Source: Rhodosorus marinus CCMP1338
Lineage: Eukaryota > Plantae > Rhodophyta
DNA length: 64,000 bases
Direction of reading: 5' to 3'
Assembly (NCBI GenBank): GCA_029953675.1
Contig: JAMWBK010000008.1
Span: 62,001 to 126,000, forward strand
Shown: positions 45,151 to 57,540 of the stretch, piece by piece
How positions within the stretch are numbered: position 1 is the first letter of the stretch
Layout: each line of letters starts with the position of its first letter
The notes under the pieces: model-generated
The model's database searches: none
What the model was told of the DNA's origin: nothing
The model's input: the letters and a program-made list of their open reading frames with translations, nothing else
Program-made: the position numbers and the translations under genes

Positions 45151-48100
45151 ACAAGGCGACCCTTGCGGACCTCTTCTTCATGCCTGTGCCCTACAGCTCG
45201 TACTTTTACGTCTTTCGACTGAGGTCTCGGATCTTCGAATCTGCGCGTACCACGATGACGTAACATTGCTGGGCACCCCTGACACCCTGGCTAGGGGACT
45301 GACCGCGATCGAAGCGATTGCACGTCGCGTCGGTTTGACTGTTGAAACAGAAAAATGTCGCTTTCTCCCCCCGAGGGACGTGTCGCTGAACTCTCTGCCA
45401 CCCACTCTGCGACTAATCAGCGAACGTGAAGGGTTCGAACACCACGGCGTCGGATTGGGGACTGACAACTTTGTCCAAGCATCCTGCGAGCGAGTTTTGG
45501 CACGGCACAAGCAACTCACCGACGCCATTGAGCACCTACCCGACAGCATGCTGCAATCGGCCTGCTTGCTTTCCCGCTTTTGTGCCGGTCCCAGACTCAA
45601 CTACTGGTTGCGCAGCCTGCCTCCAGCTTGGGGCTCGTGGATCGCGGCTAAAGCCGACGAAATGACCCTGCAACACTGGGGAACGCTCTTGGATGAGCCC
45701 CTCGATCTTGAAGCTGCTCCCGACAGGGACTTTATTCGTGCACAGATCGCTCTACCGTTGCGATTAGGGGGATTCGGCGTCGCAGACCGTGGGCTGGTAT
45801 GCTCGCCAGCGGCGGTTGCCTCCTGGGCTACCGCGCTGCGAACGTTGGTGACCTTCCGGATGCGAAGTGCCTGCCTCTTGGCTCGAGCTTTGACCAACGA
45901 GGATCCAGTGACCCTGCCGCCCCCGCTTTTGACAATTTATGATGGTCTTCAACACGCGTTCAGGAGGTGCAACGCCGTGCCGGACGCAAATCGGTCCCGC
46001 TTTCGTTCCTGGGGGGAGCTGTTATGGGGACGAGCTGAAGCGGTTGAGGATTGTCCCCTCGACCGAGTTCTTGCCGATGACGGAGAGGCTAGCCCCGGGT
46101 CCCCTGTTGCAGACTACCCGGGTTTGAGCCGATTGTGGAGCTCCCGCACTGATGTGATTCAACATAGCCTCACCTGGGGCCAACACAGTGCCGCTCACAC
46201 AGTCATGCTCAGTTCTCCTCTCACGCCGCCTACCACTGCCGCTCGTCTCCGCGGCATGGGAGGCCACCTCTCGCACTTGTGGTTAACCACTCTACCGTCG
46301 TCATTGAGTCATCGTCTCGATGCTTTCCAGTTCCGTTCTGCCGCACGGATCTATCTCGGTTTGCCACAGGCTCCGTGGCACTCTAATCGGCCGTCTTTCT
46401 GTCAGGGATGTGAGAGCCGGATTGACGCTTGTGGCTACCACTTCCTGGGTTCCTGCGGACTGTTGCGAGGTCTCCGTACGAGGCGTCACACTCGCCTCAA
46501 GTACATCCTCAGCGAATCTTTGACTCGGATAGGGCATACGGTTGAGGTTGAGTCGGAACTGCCCAGATCCATCTCGGACTCTGCACCGCCCCGTTGTATA
46601 GCCGATCTCCTCGTCTCCGACGCTGCTGCCAGACGCTCAACATATGTGGACCTTGCGATTACCTGCCCCGTGGCCAGCGCCCACCTCACCGCAGCCGCCC
46701 GCCGCCGGGGGGCCGCGGCTTCAGCCCTTCGAAGAGTTAAGGAACGACGGTATGCTGAGAGCATGGCCAGTCTGCCTTGCGCTGAGGGTCGCTCTCACCG
46801 GTTCCAGCCATTCATTGTGGAAAGCTTTGGTCACGTGGATAAGTCGGGTTTAGAGTGGTTGCGGAAATGTTTTGCTGAGCATCCTACTGAATATTTGGCG
46901 CTCTTGAGGCGTTTAAGTGTCTCCCTTTGGCGATATTCCAGCGACATGCTTTCCGAGGCGCGCCATCGGCGCCTGGGGTTGCATACTTCCCTCCCTAGTT
47001 ATTAGTTCATCTGCAAGCCTTGCGTAGCGCTTCAGGCTATGCTAGTAAAGCCTTTGGCACGGCACAAGCAACTCACCGACGCCATTGAGCACCTACCCGA
47101 CAGCATGCTGCAATCGGCCTGCTTGCTTTCCCGCTTTTGTGCCGGTCCCAGACTCAACTACTGGTTGCGCAGCCTGCCTCCAGCTTGGGGCTCGTGGATC
47201 GCGGCTAAAGCCGACGAAATGACCCTGCAACACTGGGGAACGCTCTTGGATGAGCCCCTCGATCTTGAAGCTGCTCCCGACAGGGACTTTATTCGTGCAC
47301 AGATCGCTCTACCGTTGCGATTAGGGGGATTCGGCGTCGCAGACCGTGGGCTGGTATGCTCGCCAGCGGCGGTTGCCTCCTGGGCTACCGCGCTGCGAAC
47401 GTTGGTGACCTTCCGGATGCGAAGTGCCTGCCTCTTGGCTCGAGCTTTGACCAACGAGGATCCAGTGACCCTGCCGCCCCCGCTTTTGACAATTTATGAT
47501 GGTCTTCAACACGCGTTCAGGAGGTGCAACGCCGTGCCGGACGCAAATCGGTCCCGCTTTCGTTCCTGGAGGGAGCTGTTATGGGGACGAGCTGAAGCGA
47601 TTGAGGATTGTCCCCTCGACCGAGTTCTTGCCGATGACGGAGAGGCTAGCCCCGGGTCCCCTGTTGCAGACTACCCGGGTTTGAGCCGATTGTGGAGCTC
47701 CCGCACTGATGTGATTCAACATAGCCTCACCTGGGGCCAACACAGTGCCGCTCACACAGTCATGCTCAATTCTCCTCTCACGCCGCCTACCACTGCCGCT
47801 CGTCTCCGCGGCATGGAAGGCCACCTCTCGCACTTGTGGTTAACCACTCTACCGTCGTCATTGAGTCATCGTCTCGATGCTTTCCAGTTCCGTTCTGCCG
47901 CACGCATCTATCTCGGTTTGCCACAGGCTCCGTGGCACTCTAATCGGCCGTCTTTCTGTCAGGGATGTGAGAGCCGGATTGACGCTTGTGGCTACCACTT
48001 CCTGGGTTCCTGCGGACTGTTGCGAGGTCTCCGTACGAGGCGTCACACTCGCCTCAAGTACATCCTCAGCGAATTTTTGACTCGGATAGGGCATACGGTT

Positions 48101-48640
48101 GAGGTTGAGTCGGAACTGCCCAGATCCATCTCGGACTCTGCACCGCCCCGTTGTATAGCCGATCTCCTCGTCTCCGACGCTGCTGCCAGACGCTCAACAT
48201 ATGTGGACCTTGCGATTACCTGCCCCGTGGCCAGCGCCCACCTCACCGCAGCCGCCCGCCGCCGGGGGGCCGCGGCTTCAGCCCTTCGAAGAGTTAAGGA
48301 ACGACGGTATGCTGAGAGCATGGCCAGTCTGCCTTGCGCTGAGGGTCGCTCTCACCGGTTCCAGCCATTCATTGTGGAAAGCTTTGGTCACGTCGATAAG
48401 TCGGGTTTAGAGTGGTTGCGGAAATGTTTTGCTGAGCATCCTACTGAATATTTGGCGCTCTTGAGGCGTTTAAGTGTCTCCCTTTGGCGATATTCCAGCG
48501 ACATGCTTTCCGAGGCGCGCCATCGGCGCCTGGGGTTGCATGCTTCCCTCCCTAGTTATTAGTTCATCTTCACGCCTTGCGTAGCGCTTCAGGCTATGCT
48601 AGTAAAGTCCAGTAAAGTCCAGTAAAGTCCAGTAAAGTCC
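45151..48640 (+). mobile_element. Two tandem 5'-truncated family B copies (B8 45151-47052, B9 47053-48640)
   Basis: ORFs 45266-47005 and 47039-48562; the B9 tail is (agtaaagtcc)4. Confidence 0.92.
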
Positions 48641-49116
48641 AGCTTATATGCAACGTTGCCAATTTTTTTGCGTAGAATTTTAAACGGTCCAACATATCTG
48701 GGTCGAAAAGCCTTTGAATCTGGTAATTGTAGATTCCGCGTAGATAGTAGCACAAAGTCGCCGGTTTGAAACTGAACGTCTTTCCTGCCTTGATCATAAT
48801 AGAAGCGTTGGCGTTCTTGGGCATATCGTAGGTTGGCGCGGGCTAGGTCTCGTTGGTCTCGTTGTCGTTGTAACATAATGGTTGCGGCTTCAGGTAAAGA
48901 CAATGAAGAGCCGCTAGCATCGGGGACTGTAAGATCAGGAGGTAAAGTCGGGTTCCTTCCGTAAAGCAACTCGAAGGGGGGAAACTTTGTAGACTCCGAA
49001 ACTTGGCAGTTGTAGGCCAGCTCTGCCGTAGGAAGGTCGTCCACCCAAGTTGTGGTTGTTGAATTACATCGCAGCTACGTTTCCAAGGTCTGGTTCGTTC
49101 TTCCTGTTTGTCCGTC
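48641..49116 (-). mobile_element. Gypsy-2 integrase core-to-GPY/F segment
   Basis: GQTGRTNQTLE..ELAYN..PFELLYGR..FQTGDFVLLSTRN..RYVGPFKI..AYKL. Confidence 0.85.
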
Positions 49117-49789
49117 TCAACGTTACCGATCCTGTCGGTATTGGGGGTCCGCCATGCGGCTACCGGTATCCGACAGTTCCTATGCTATCGCGAAAAGGAA
49201 TCCTGGACTGATGCGACTTGGATACCCGAGCCGGACTACTCCACCGATCTACAATCTCGACGGCGCTTACGACACTACCTCAATTATCGCAAGGCGCTTG
49301 ACGCGCTACCTTCAACTTCTTGAGTTTGTCCCCAAACCCGGCGGGAGGAATGTTAGAACTTGCCCTGACAGCTGTGTCAGGTGTTAAACCATTCGTTCGA
49401 CAGCTGTGTAATCTGTGTAAGACACTCCCTACTTTTTGCTGGCATCAACCACGAACGAATGGTTTAATCGGAGGCTGAAAAAAAAAACCCCGAGGGGAAA
49501 AAAAGACTAAGCGCGGCGAAGTACTCGCGCCTCCAACATCAAAGCGGCATTCATGCGCCACAGCAGGAAACTTAAGCGGGTAAACAACGATTGAAGACGG
49601 TCAGGGCGTTCGCGGAACAACTCCCGAAGCCAGCGAGAACCAACAGAGTCCATGAACCCAAAGCACTCAATGATCAGGGGTACCAAGCGATGTGCTAGTG
49701 CCGAAGCACGAACACCAGGGGAAGACAAAGCCCCCGCGTATTTGATCTCTTTGCGGCGTCTCAACTTTAGTGTAAGACGCTAGTGTGCT
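49117..49789 (+). mobile_element. 3' end of a second Gypsy-1 copy (chromodomain, PPT, LTR) with nested A insertions
   Basis: Matches 37828-38060 in reverse; ggcgggaggaa then TGTTAGAAC at 49351. Confidence 0.85.
49452..49763 (-). mobile_element. 5'-truncated family A copy A5 inside the LTR
   Basis: ORF 49507-49764; tail ccattcgttcg. Confidence 0.88.
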
Positions 49790-51393
49790 CGGATTGGGCA
49801 CGGACAACTTTGTCCAAGCATCCTGCGAGCGAGTTTTGGCACGGCACAAGCAACTTACCGACGCCATTGAGCACCTACCCGACAGCATGCTGCAATCGGC
49901 CTGCTTGCTTTCCCGCTTTTGTGCCGGTCCCCAGACTCAACTACTGGTTGCGCAGCCTGCCTCCAGCTTGGGGCTCGTGGATCGCGGCTAAAGCCGACGA
50001 ACTGACCCTGCAACACTGGGGAACGCTCTTGGATGAACCCCTCGATCTTGAAGCTGCTCCCGACAGGGACTTTATTCGTGCACAGATCGCTCTACCGTTG
50101 CGATTAGGGGGATTCGGCGTCGCAGACCGTGGGCTGGTATGCTCGCCAGCGGCGGTTGCCTCCTGGGCTACCGCGCTGCGAACGTTGGTGACCTTCCGGA
50201 TGCGAAGTGCCTGCCTCTTGGCTCGAGCTTTGACCAACGAGGATCCAGTGACCCTGCCGCCCCCGGCTTTGACAATTTATGATGGTCTTCAACACGCGTT
50301 CAGGAGGTGCAACGCCGTGCCGGACGCAAATAGGTCCCGCTTTCGTTCCTGGAGGGAGCTGTTATGGGGACGAGCTGAAGCGATTGAGAATTGTCCCCTC
50401 GACGGAGTTCTTGCCGATGACGGAGAGGCTAGCCCCGGGTCCCCTGTTGCAGACTACCCGGGTTTGAGCCGATTGTGGAGCTCCCGCACTGATGTGATTC
50501 AACATAGCCTCACCTGGGGCCAACACAGTGCCGCTCACACAGTCATGCTCAATTCTCCTCTCACGCCGCCTACCACTGCCGCTCGTCTACGCGCCATGGG
50601 AGGCCACCTCTCGCACTTGTGGTTAACCACTCTACCGTCGTCATTGAGTCATCGTCTCGATGCTTTCCAGTTCCGTTCTGCCGCACGGATCTATCTCGGT
50701 TTGCCACAGGCTCCGTGGCACTCTAATCGGCCGTCTTTCTGTCAGGGATGTGAGAGCCGGATTGACGCTTGTGGCTACCACTTCCTGGGTTCCTGCGAAC
50801 TGTTGCGAGGTCTCCGTACGAGGCGTCACACTCGCCTCAAGTACATCCTCAGCGAATCTTTGACTCGGATAGGGCATACGGTTGAGGTTGAGTCGGAACT
50901 GCCCAGATCCATCTCGGACTCTGCACCGCCCCGTTGTATAGCCGATCTCCTCGTCTCCGACGCTGCTGCCAGACGCTCAACATATGTGGACCTTGCGATT
51001 ACCTGCCCCGTGGCCAGCGCCCACCTCACCGCAGCCGCCCGCCGCCGGGGGGCCGCGGCTTCAGCCCTTAGAAGAGTTAAGGAACGACGGTATGCTGAGA
51101 GCATGGCCAGTCTGCCTCGCGCTGAGGGTCGCTCTCACCGGTTCCAGCCATTCATTGTGGAAAGCTTTGGTCACGTGGATAAGTCGGGTTTAGAGTGGTT
51201 GCGGAAATGTTTTGCTGAGCATCCTACTGAATATTTGGCGCTCTTGAGGCGTTTAAGTGTCTACCTTTGGCGATATTCCAGCGACATGCTTTCCGAGGCG
51301 CGCCATCGGCGCCTGGGGTTGCATGCTTCCCTCCCTAGTTGTTAGTTCATCTTCACGCCTTGCGTAGCGCTTCAGGCTATGCTAGTAAAGTCC
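49790..51393 (+). mobile_element. 5'-truncated family B copy B10
   Basis: ORF 49783-51345; tail agtaaagtcc. Confidence 0.9.
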
Positions 51394-52114
51394 AGTATTG
51401 ACTGAGGAGATTCCACTGAACCAGTCCGCACTTGGAGCTAGCATGGAAATCTCAGAAACGTAGGAGCGAGCACCATGCACTTCAATCATATATTCTCTCG
51501 TTTCGGTTCCGCTCGCAGGGCCGGCCGGATCGACGATTCTTTGGAAAACGTTACGATAGTTTTCAGCTTTCAGTTCAGCAACGATGAGATCTGGATTACC
51601 CGTCTCCGCAACAGCCTACACACCGCCTGAGGAATACCCTAGCTTAGACCACAGGGTGTAGTCCTTCCCATGACTCGCCAACACAAAGGGTGACAGCCCA
51701 CCCCCTTCTGGATATGTGTTTGGATGAGTAGTCGAACTCCAGCTCCAGGCGACTGAGACTTTCTGCGTAACTCTACCTTTGCAGGGGAACATAGAAAATA
51801 CGCCCATCATATCTGGCTCATCTGGCTCATCTGTCTCGACTGGTTCAACTGGATCTGTCCTTGAACAGATCTTTTCTATCATTTTCAGCTCAGGTTCATT
51901 CCGAATGCATGTCCTTGGCGTATCCCCGAGACAAGAAATGAAATCCGAGATCTCACCACAGCATGGGAGGACCTGGGCCTCATCGAGAGAATTGGAAGCA
52001 TATTGACACTTTCTCGAGACAGGCTGGTGGCATTCGTGGGGAACACTGCAGTCACACTTGATTCCCGCCTCCAGTCCTCCCTGAAGCAGTTTCGGAGGGA
52101 GGCATTGTAGAGCG

Positions 52115-55100
52115 GACTGTTGCAGGTCTCCGTACGAGGCGTCACACTCGCCTCAAGTACATCCTCATCGAATTTTTGACTCGGATAGGGCATACGGTTG
52201 AGGTTGAGTCGGAACTGCCCAGATCAATCTCGGACTCTGCACCGCCCCGTTGTATAGCCGATCTCCTCGTCTCTGACGCTGCTGCCAGACGCTCAACATA
52301 TGTGGACCTTGCGATTACCTGCCCCGTGGCCAGCGCCCACCTCACCGCAGCCGCCCGCCGCCGGGGGGCCGCGGCTTCAGCCCTTCGAAGAGTTAAGGGA
52401 CGACGGTATGCTGAGAGCATGGCCAGTCTGCCTTGCGCTGAGGGTCGCTCTCACCGGTTCCAGCCATTCATTGTGGAAAGCTTTGGTCACGTCGATAAGT
52501 CGGGTTTAGAGTGGTTGCGGAAATGTTTTGCTGAGCATCCTACTGAATACTTGGCGCTCTTGAGGCGTTTAAGTGTCTCCCTTTGGCGATATTCCAGCGA
52601 CATGCTTTCCGAGGCGCGCCATCGGCGCCTGGGGTTGCATACTTCCCTCCCTAGTTATTAGTTCATCTTCACGCCTTGCGTAGCGCTTCAGGCACTACTT
52701 CCAGCGAGAGTGGTGAGGCAGGGGAGCAGACTGAGGGCATGGCGGTGGAGGACGCCCAGGTTACTTTGCTGAAGCCCGCGGGATCCGTTCCGCGAGCCTC
52801 GCGGAGTGGGAGGCTCACGACTTTGGTGCGGATGGGAGGTAAGAGAGCGAGGACCGACTCCCCCGGGTCTAAGGGGGAGAAGCACGATTAGCGCTCCAGG
52901 CACGGCTGCGAGGTCGCAGCCTATGGATCTACAGTCTTATGTCCTGAAGGAGGGCGGAGACTGGGGCATTTGGCGTACGCGTTTTCGGAGTTGGCTCCGG
53001 CGGTGGATTTCTTTGGAAGGAGGCTCGCTTCCCCTCCGTGGGGGCATTCCCCCAGTCGTCCTTCCTCGTGGAGACCTTCTAGTAGCTGGAACCATTCTCG
53101 ATTTCATCTTCACGAGCCTGGCTCGCAACATTCGGGACACAGTCATTTGGGTTTTTCTGGGGGTCATGCCGCGCCTGATTCTGGCCCCCATTCACACATC
53201 GGAGCGCAGATGGCGAGTACGAGACCGACTGGCCCTGTTCTTGAAGGGAGACTTCGAAGTACTACAGCGCAGCTATTTGGCGTCGTCAGCACCATCCGCC
53301 CGTCGGACTCGGCATGGCACAGTGTCGCCCGTGCCAGCTCGAGTACAGAAATTGGTAGCAGTGGGCGATTTAAGTCGAGCGGCGCGGGTTTTGGAGGGCC
53401 AGGCGCCTGTCCTCCCCTACGATGATAGTCTCGCCCAGACGGTGTCGTCTTTGTTCCCTGAGTCCGACGTGGATTTGTCCCCTGAATTCGAGGTATTCTT
53501 GGACCGTCCGGAGTTGGCCAGGTTTCGCATCGATCTGACCCTCAGTGAGTCTGACCTGGAGGATTTGCTTCGTACCTCGCGTCGGGGACGCTGTCCCGGA
53601 CCCTCCGGACTAAGAACAGAGCTATTGCAGGCCCTGAGCCAGCCTGGCCAGAGCGCGCTTCTGAGGATCCTTAACAAGTTGTTCCAGGGCGTATCGGGTG
53701 CGTCCGCGCCATGGGAACATCTCCGGCAGGCACAGCTTTGCTTGCTCACGAAACCTGACCACCAGCCGGCCCACCCGCGTCTCCGGCCGATAGGGATGGT
53801 GGAGAGCCTACGGAAGTTAGCCGGGAGGTGGCTATGCCAGCGCCTTTGCCAGCGCGTCACAGCTTTTATGGCGCCCTTGCAAGTAGGGGTGGGATTTTCT
53901 GGGGGTTGCGAACTGATCACCCATGGGATCGAGCTAGAACGCGCCAGTAGGCCGGAGTGGGGAGTCTTGGTGGTTGATTTCCGGAACGCATTCAACAGCG
54001 TGTCGCGGACGCATGCGCTAGAGGTGCTCCGACGTGTGTTTCCGGAGGCGTGGCCGTTTCTATCGGGTATTTACGGAGGGGAGAGCCTCCCCTACTTGAC
54101 AACGGAGGGCACTGTTTTTCAAGCACATACTGGCGTCCAACAAGGCGACCCTTGCGGACCTCTTCTTCATGCCTGTGCCCTACAGCTCGTACTTTTACGT
54201 CTTTCGACTGAGGTCTCGGATCTTCGAATCTGCGCGTACCACGATGACGTAACATTGCTGGGCACCCCTGACACCCTGGCTAGGGGACTGACCGCGATCG
54301 AAGCGATTGCACGTCGCGTCGGTTTGACTGTGGAAACAGAAAAATGTCGCTTTCTCCCCCCCGAGGGACGTGTCGCTGAACTCTCTGCCACCCACTCTGC
54401 GACTAACCAGCGAACGTGAAGGGTTCGAACACCACGGCGTCGGATTGGGGACTGACAACTTTGTCCAAGCATCCTGCGAGCGAGTTTTGGCACGGCACAA
54501 GCAACTCACCGACGCCATTGAGCACCTACCCGACAGCATGCTGCAATCGGCCTGCTTGCTTTCCCGCTTTTGTGCCGGTCCCAGACTCAACTACTGGTTG
54601 CGCAGCCTGCCTCCAGCTTGGGGCTCGTGGATCGCGGCTAAAGCCGACGAAATGACCCTGCAACACTGGGGAACGCTCTTGGATGAGCCCCTCGATCTTG
54701 AAGCTGCTCCCGACAGGGACTTTATCCGTGCACAGATCGCTCTACCGTTGCGATTAGGGGGATTCGGCGTCGCAGACCGTGGGCTGGTATGCTCGCCAGC
54801 GGCGGTTGCCTCCTGGGCTACCGCGCTGCGAACGTTGGTGACCTTCCGGATGCGAAGTGCCTGCCTCTTGGCTCGAGCTTTGACCAACGAGGATCCAGTG
54901 ACCCTGCCGCCCCCGCTTTTGACAATTTATGATGGTCTTCAACACGCGTTCAGGAGGTGCAACGCCGTGCCGGACGCAAATCGGTCCCGCTCTCGTTCCT
55001 GGAGGGAGCTGTTATGGGGACGAGCTGAAGCGATTGAGGATTGTCCCCTCGACCGAGTTCTTGCCGATGACGGAGAGGCTAGCCCCGGGTCCCCTGTTGC

Positions 55101-56057
55101 AGACTACCCGGGTTTGAGCCGATTGTGGAGCTCCCGCACTGATGTGATTCAACATAGCCTCACCTGGGGCCAACACAGTGCCGCTCACACAGTCATGCTC
55201 AATTCTCCTCTCACGCCGCCTACCACTGCCGCTCGTCTCCGCGGCATGGGAGGCCACCTCTCGCACTTGTGGTTAACCACTCTACCGTCGTCATTGAGTC
55301 ATCGTCTCGATGCTTTCCAGTTCCGTTCTGCCGCACGGATCTATCTCGGTTTGCCACAGGCTCCGTGGCACTCTAATCGGCCGTCTTTCTGTCAGGGATG
55401 TGAGAGCCGGATTGACGCTTGTGGCTACCACTTCCTGGGTTCCTGCGGACTGTTGCGAGGTCTCCGTACGAGGCGTCACACTCGCCTCAAGTACATCCTC
55501 AGCGAATTTTTGACTCGAATAGGGCATACGGTTGAGGTTGAGTCGGAACTGCCCAGATCCATCTCGGACTCTGCACCGCCCCGTTGTATAGCCGATCTCC
55601 TCGTCTCCGACGCTGCTGCCAGACGCTCAACATATGTGGACCTTGCGATTACCTGCCCCGTGGCCAGCGCCCACCTCACCGCAGCCGCCCGCCGCCGGGG
55701 GGCTGCGGCTTCAGCCCTTCGAAGAGTTAAGGAACGACGGTGTGCTGAGAGCATGGCCAGTCTGCCTTGCGCTGAGGGTCGCTCTCACCGGTTCCAGCCA
55801 TTCATTGTGGAAAGCTTTGGTCACGTGGATAAGTCGGGTTTAGAGTGGTTGCGGAAATGTTTTGCTGAGCATCCTACTGAATATTTGGCGCTCTTGAGGC
55901 GTTTAAGTGTCTCCCTTTGGCGATATTCCAGCGACATGCTGTCCGAGGCGCGCCATCGGCGCCTGGGGTTGCATACTTCCCTCCCTAGTTATTAGTTCAT
56001 CTTCACGCCTTGCGTAGCGCTTCAGGCTATGCTAGTAAAGTCCAGTAAAGTCCAGTC
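52115..56057 (+). mobile_element. Composite family B insertion (B11 52115-52692 fused to B12 52693-56057)
   Basis: One 12-bp TSD cattgtagagcg (52103-52114, 56058-56069) brackets both copies; B12 ORF2 has a +1 frameshift at 54356-54362. Confidence 0.9.
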
Positions 56058-56366
56058 CATTGTAGAGCGACCGCCTCTACACAGCGGCTAAAAAAGCCAA
56101 ATTCACGGCAACAATCACCCTCATTCGTCTCACCCATGGCAAATGCCTCTATACATGCGGGCCTCACTGTCTGCCCACAGTCGGCGATTATTTCACAGCT
56201 CGTTGGCACAGGCGTGGGATTGCTATGACATAACCCGCTAGCATCCTCCATACTATCAAGAGTCCCATCAGCTAGGCAGTTCCTAGCGCCTCTGTCGTCA
56301 AGACAGACATATGTCGAATAGATAGCATTGCAACACTTGGTGAGGCCGTCCTCATCATTAGTAAGT

Positions 56367-56511
56367 GAATGAATGAATGGTTTAATCGGAGGCTGAAAAA
56401 AAAAAAAAACCCCGAGGGGAAAAAAAGACTAAGCGCGGCGAAGTACTCGCGCCTCCAACATCAAAGCGGCATTCATGCGCCACAGCAGGAAACTCCTCAT
56501 CATTAGAAACC
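56367..56511 (-). mobile_element. Very short family A copy A6, fused in frame to the host gene
   Basis: 17-bp TSD cctcatcattagtaagt (56350-56366, 56512-56528); ORF 56429-57202 ends FLLWRMNAALMLEARVLRRA. Confidence 0.88.
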
Positions 56512-57250
56512 CCTCATCATTAGTAAGTAGGGCTAGGCTGCATTCGGGAGTAGTAAAAACTCCGCAGTGCTCCAGCGTCTCCACGCAGAAGGCGCTGGGA
56601 GTCGGCTGTGATTTGCAAACTTCAACCCCAGTATTCGCTAGTTCCACGATTTCTTTTGACAGGCATGGTTCGAGATTATCACCAAAACATATCTGAGTGG
56701 ATAATATTTGACTGCAGCAGGGTTCTAGCAGCTCTGAATCTCCCGAAGCCAAAGCGGTGGCGCAAGATGTTTCCAGCAGAGGGAGGCAGATCTGGACGGT
56801 CTCGAAGCAGCTCTGCCTGTGGGCAGTGTTGCTACAAGTAACATCCGCGCTCTCCAGCAAAGCTATGTACTCCGGTGGAATACATTTATCAAAATCGTCA
56901 CCCACACAAGCGTAGAAGTTTGCCAGCTGATTGCAGCATCCTGCTGCCACCTCTTCTTCATTTCCATTCGCCATGGCAAGAATACAACTCGTAGACGCCA
57001 TCGAGACACACTGTACAGCGGCCTCACATCCTGGAACAACTTCCTGCCCGTGAACCACCAGTGTAGACAGGGCGATCCCCAACAAAACCAACGAAACGCG
57101 TTTCCACATCATTTTATCAACGAAAAGCTCTGAGGAGAACCAAAACCAAAACAAAACCGCAATCCCGCCTATACCCCCCAACCCCACGCACGCTCTCCTC
57201 ATCCACAGGCCAGCGGTTGGACATCAATGTAAATACCCTTCTCTCCCTAC

Positions 57251-57500
57251 ATGAATGAATGACTTAATCGGAGGTCGAGGGGGGGAAACGAAAGGACTAA
57301 GCGGAGCGAAGATCACGCCCCTACAACATAGAACAGCGTTCATGCGCTGCAGTAAGGAAGAACCAAGATTGAAGACGGTCGGGAGCAATTATGGAACATC
57401 TCTGGAGGCCAGCGAGAGCCAACAGAGTCCATAAACCCAATGAATACAGGTTACCGAGCGATATGCATGGCGGCAAAACGCCAGGTCTGGCTTCAATTGA
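57251..57500 (-). mobile_element. 3' fragment of a diverged A-like family (F)
   Basis: Reads ..LQRMNAVLCCRGVIFAPLS; 3' end cctccgattaagtcattcattca. Confidence 0.7.
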
Positions 57501-57540
57501 AATATCCTCTTTGCTCCAGGTTTGCTTTTTTGGTTTTTGT

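Larger units (their letters stand above)
51394..57112 (-). pseudogene. Host gene for a secreted protein with five 8-Cys repeats and a Spondin_N domain, split by A6 and B11/B12
   Basis: Signal MMWKRVSLVLLGIALSTLVVHG; repeats C-x5/6-C-x7-C-x13/15-CC-x8-C-x7/8-C-x15-C; WSSTTHPNTYP..LSPFVLASH..YTLW..SSGGV*AVAETG..SMLAPSADWFSGI is the Spondin_N pattern; stop at 51616 and frameshifts near 52000. Confidence 0.8.

Noticed and set aside
30958-48640. (AGTAAAGTCC)n arrays as CRISPR repeats or as the telomere repeat
   Set aside because: There are no spacers or cas genes and the context is eukaryotic. The arrays always follow the family B 3' end, so they are element tails.
10910-55843. The many recurring 60-190 aa ORFs antisense or out of frame to RT/RLE ORFs
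   Set aside because: They are shadows of GC-rich coding sequence and recur only because the elements are repeated.
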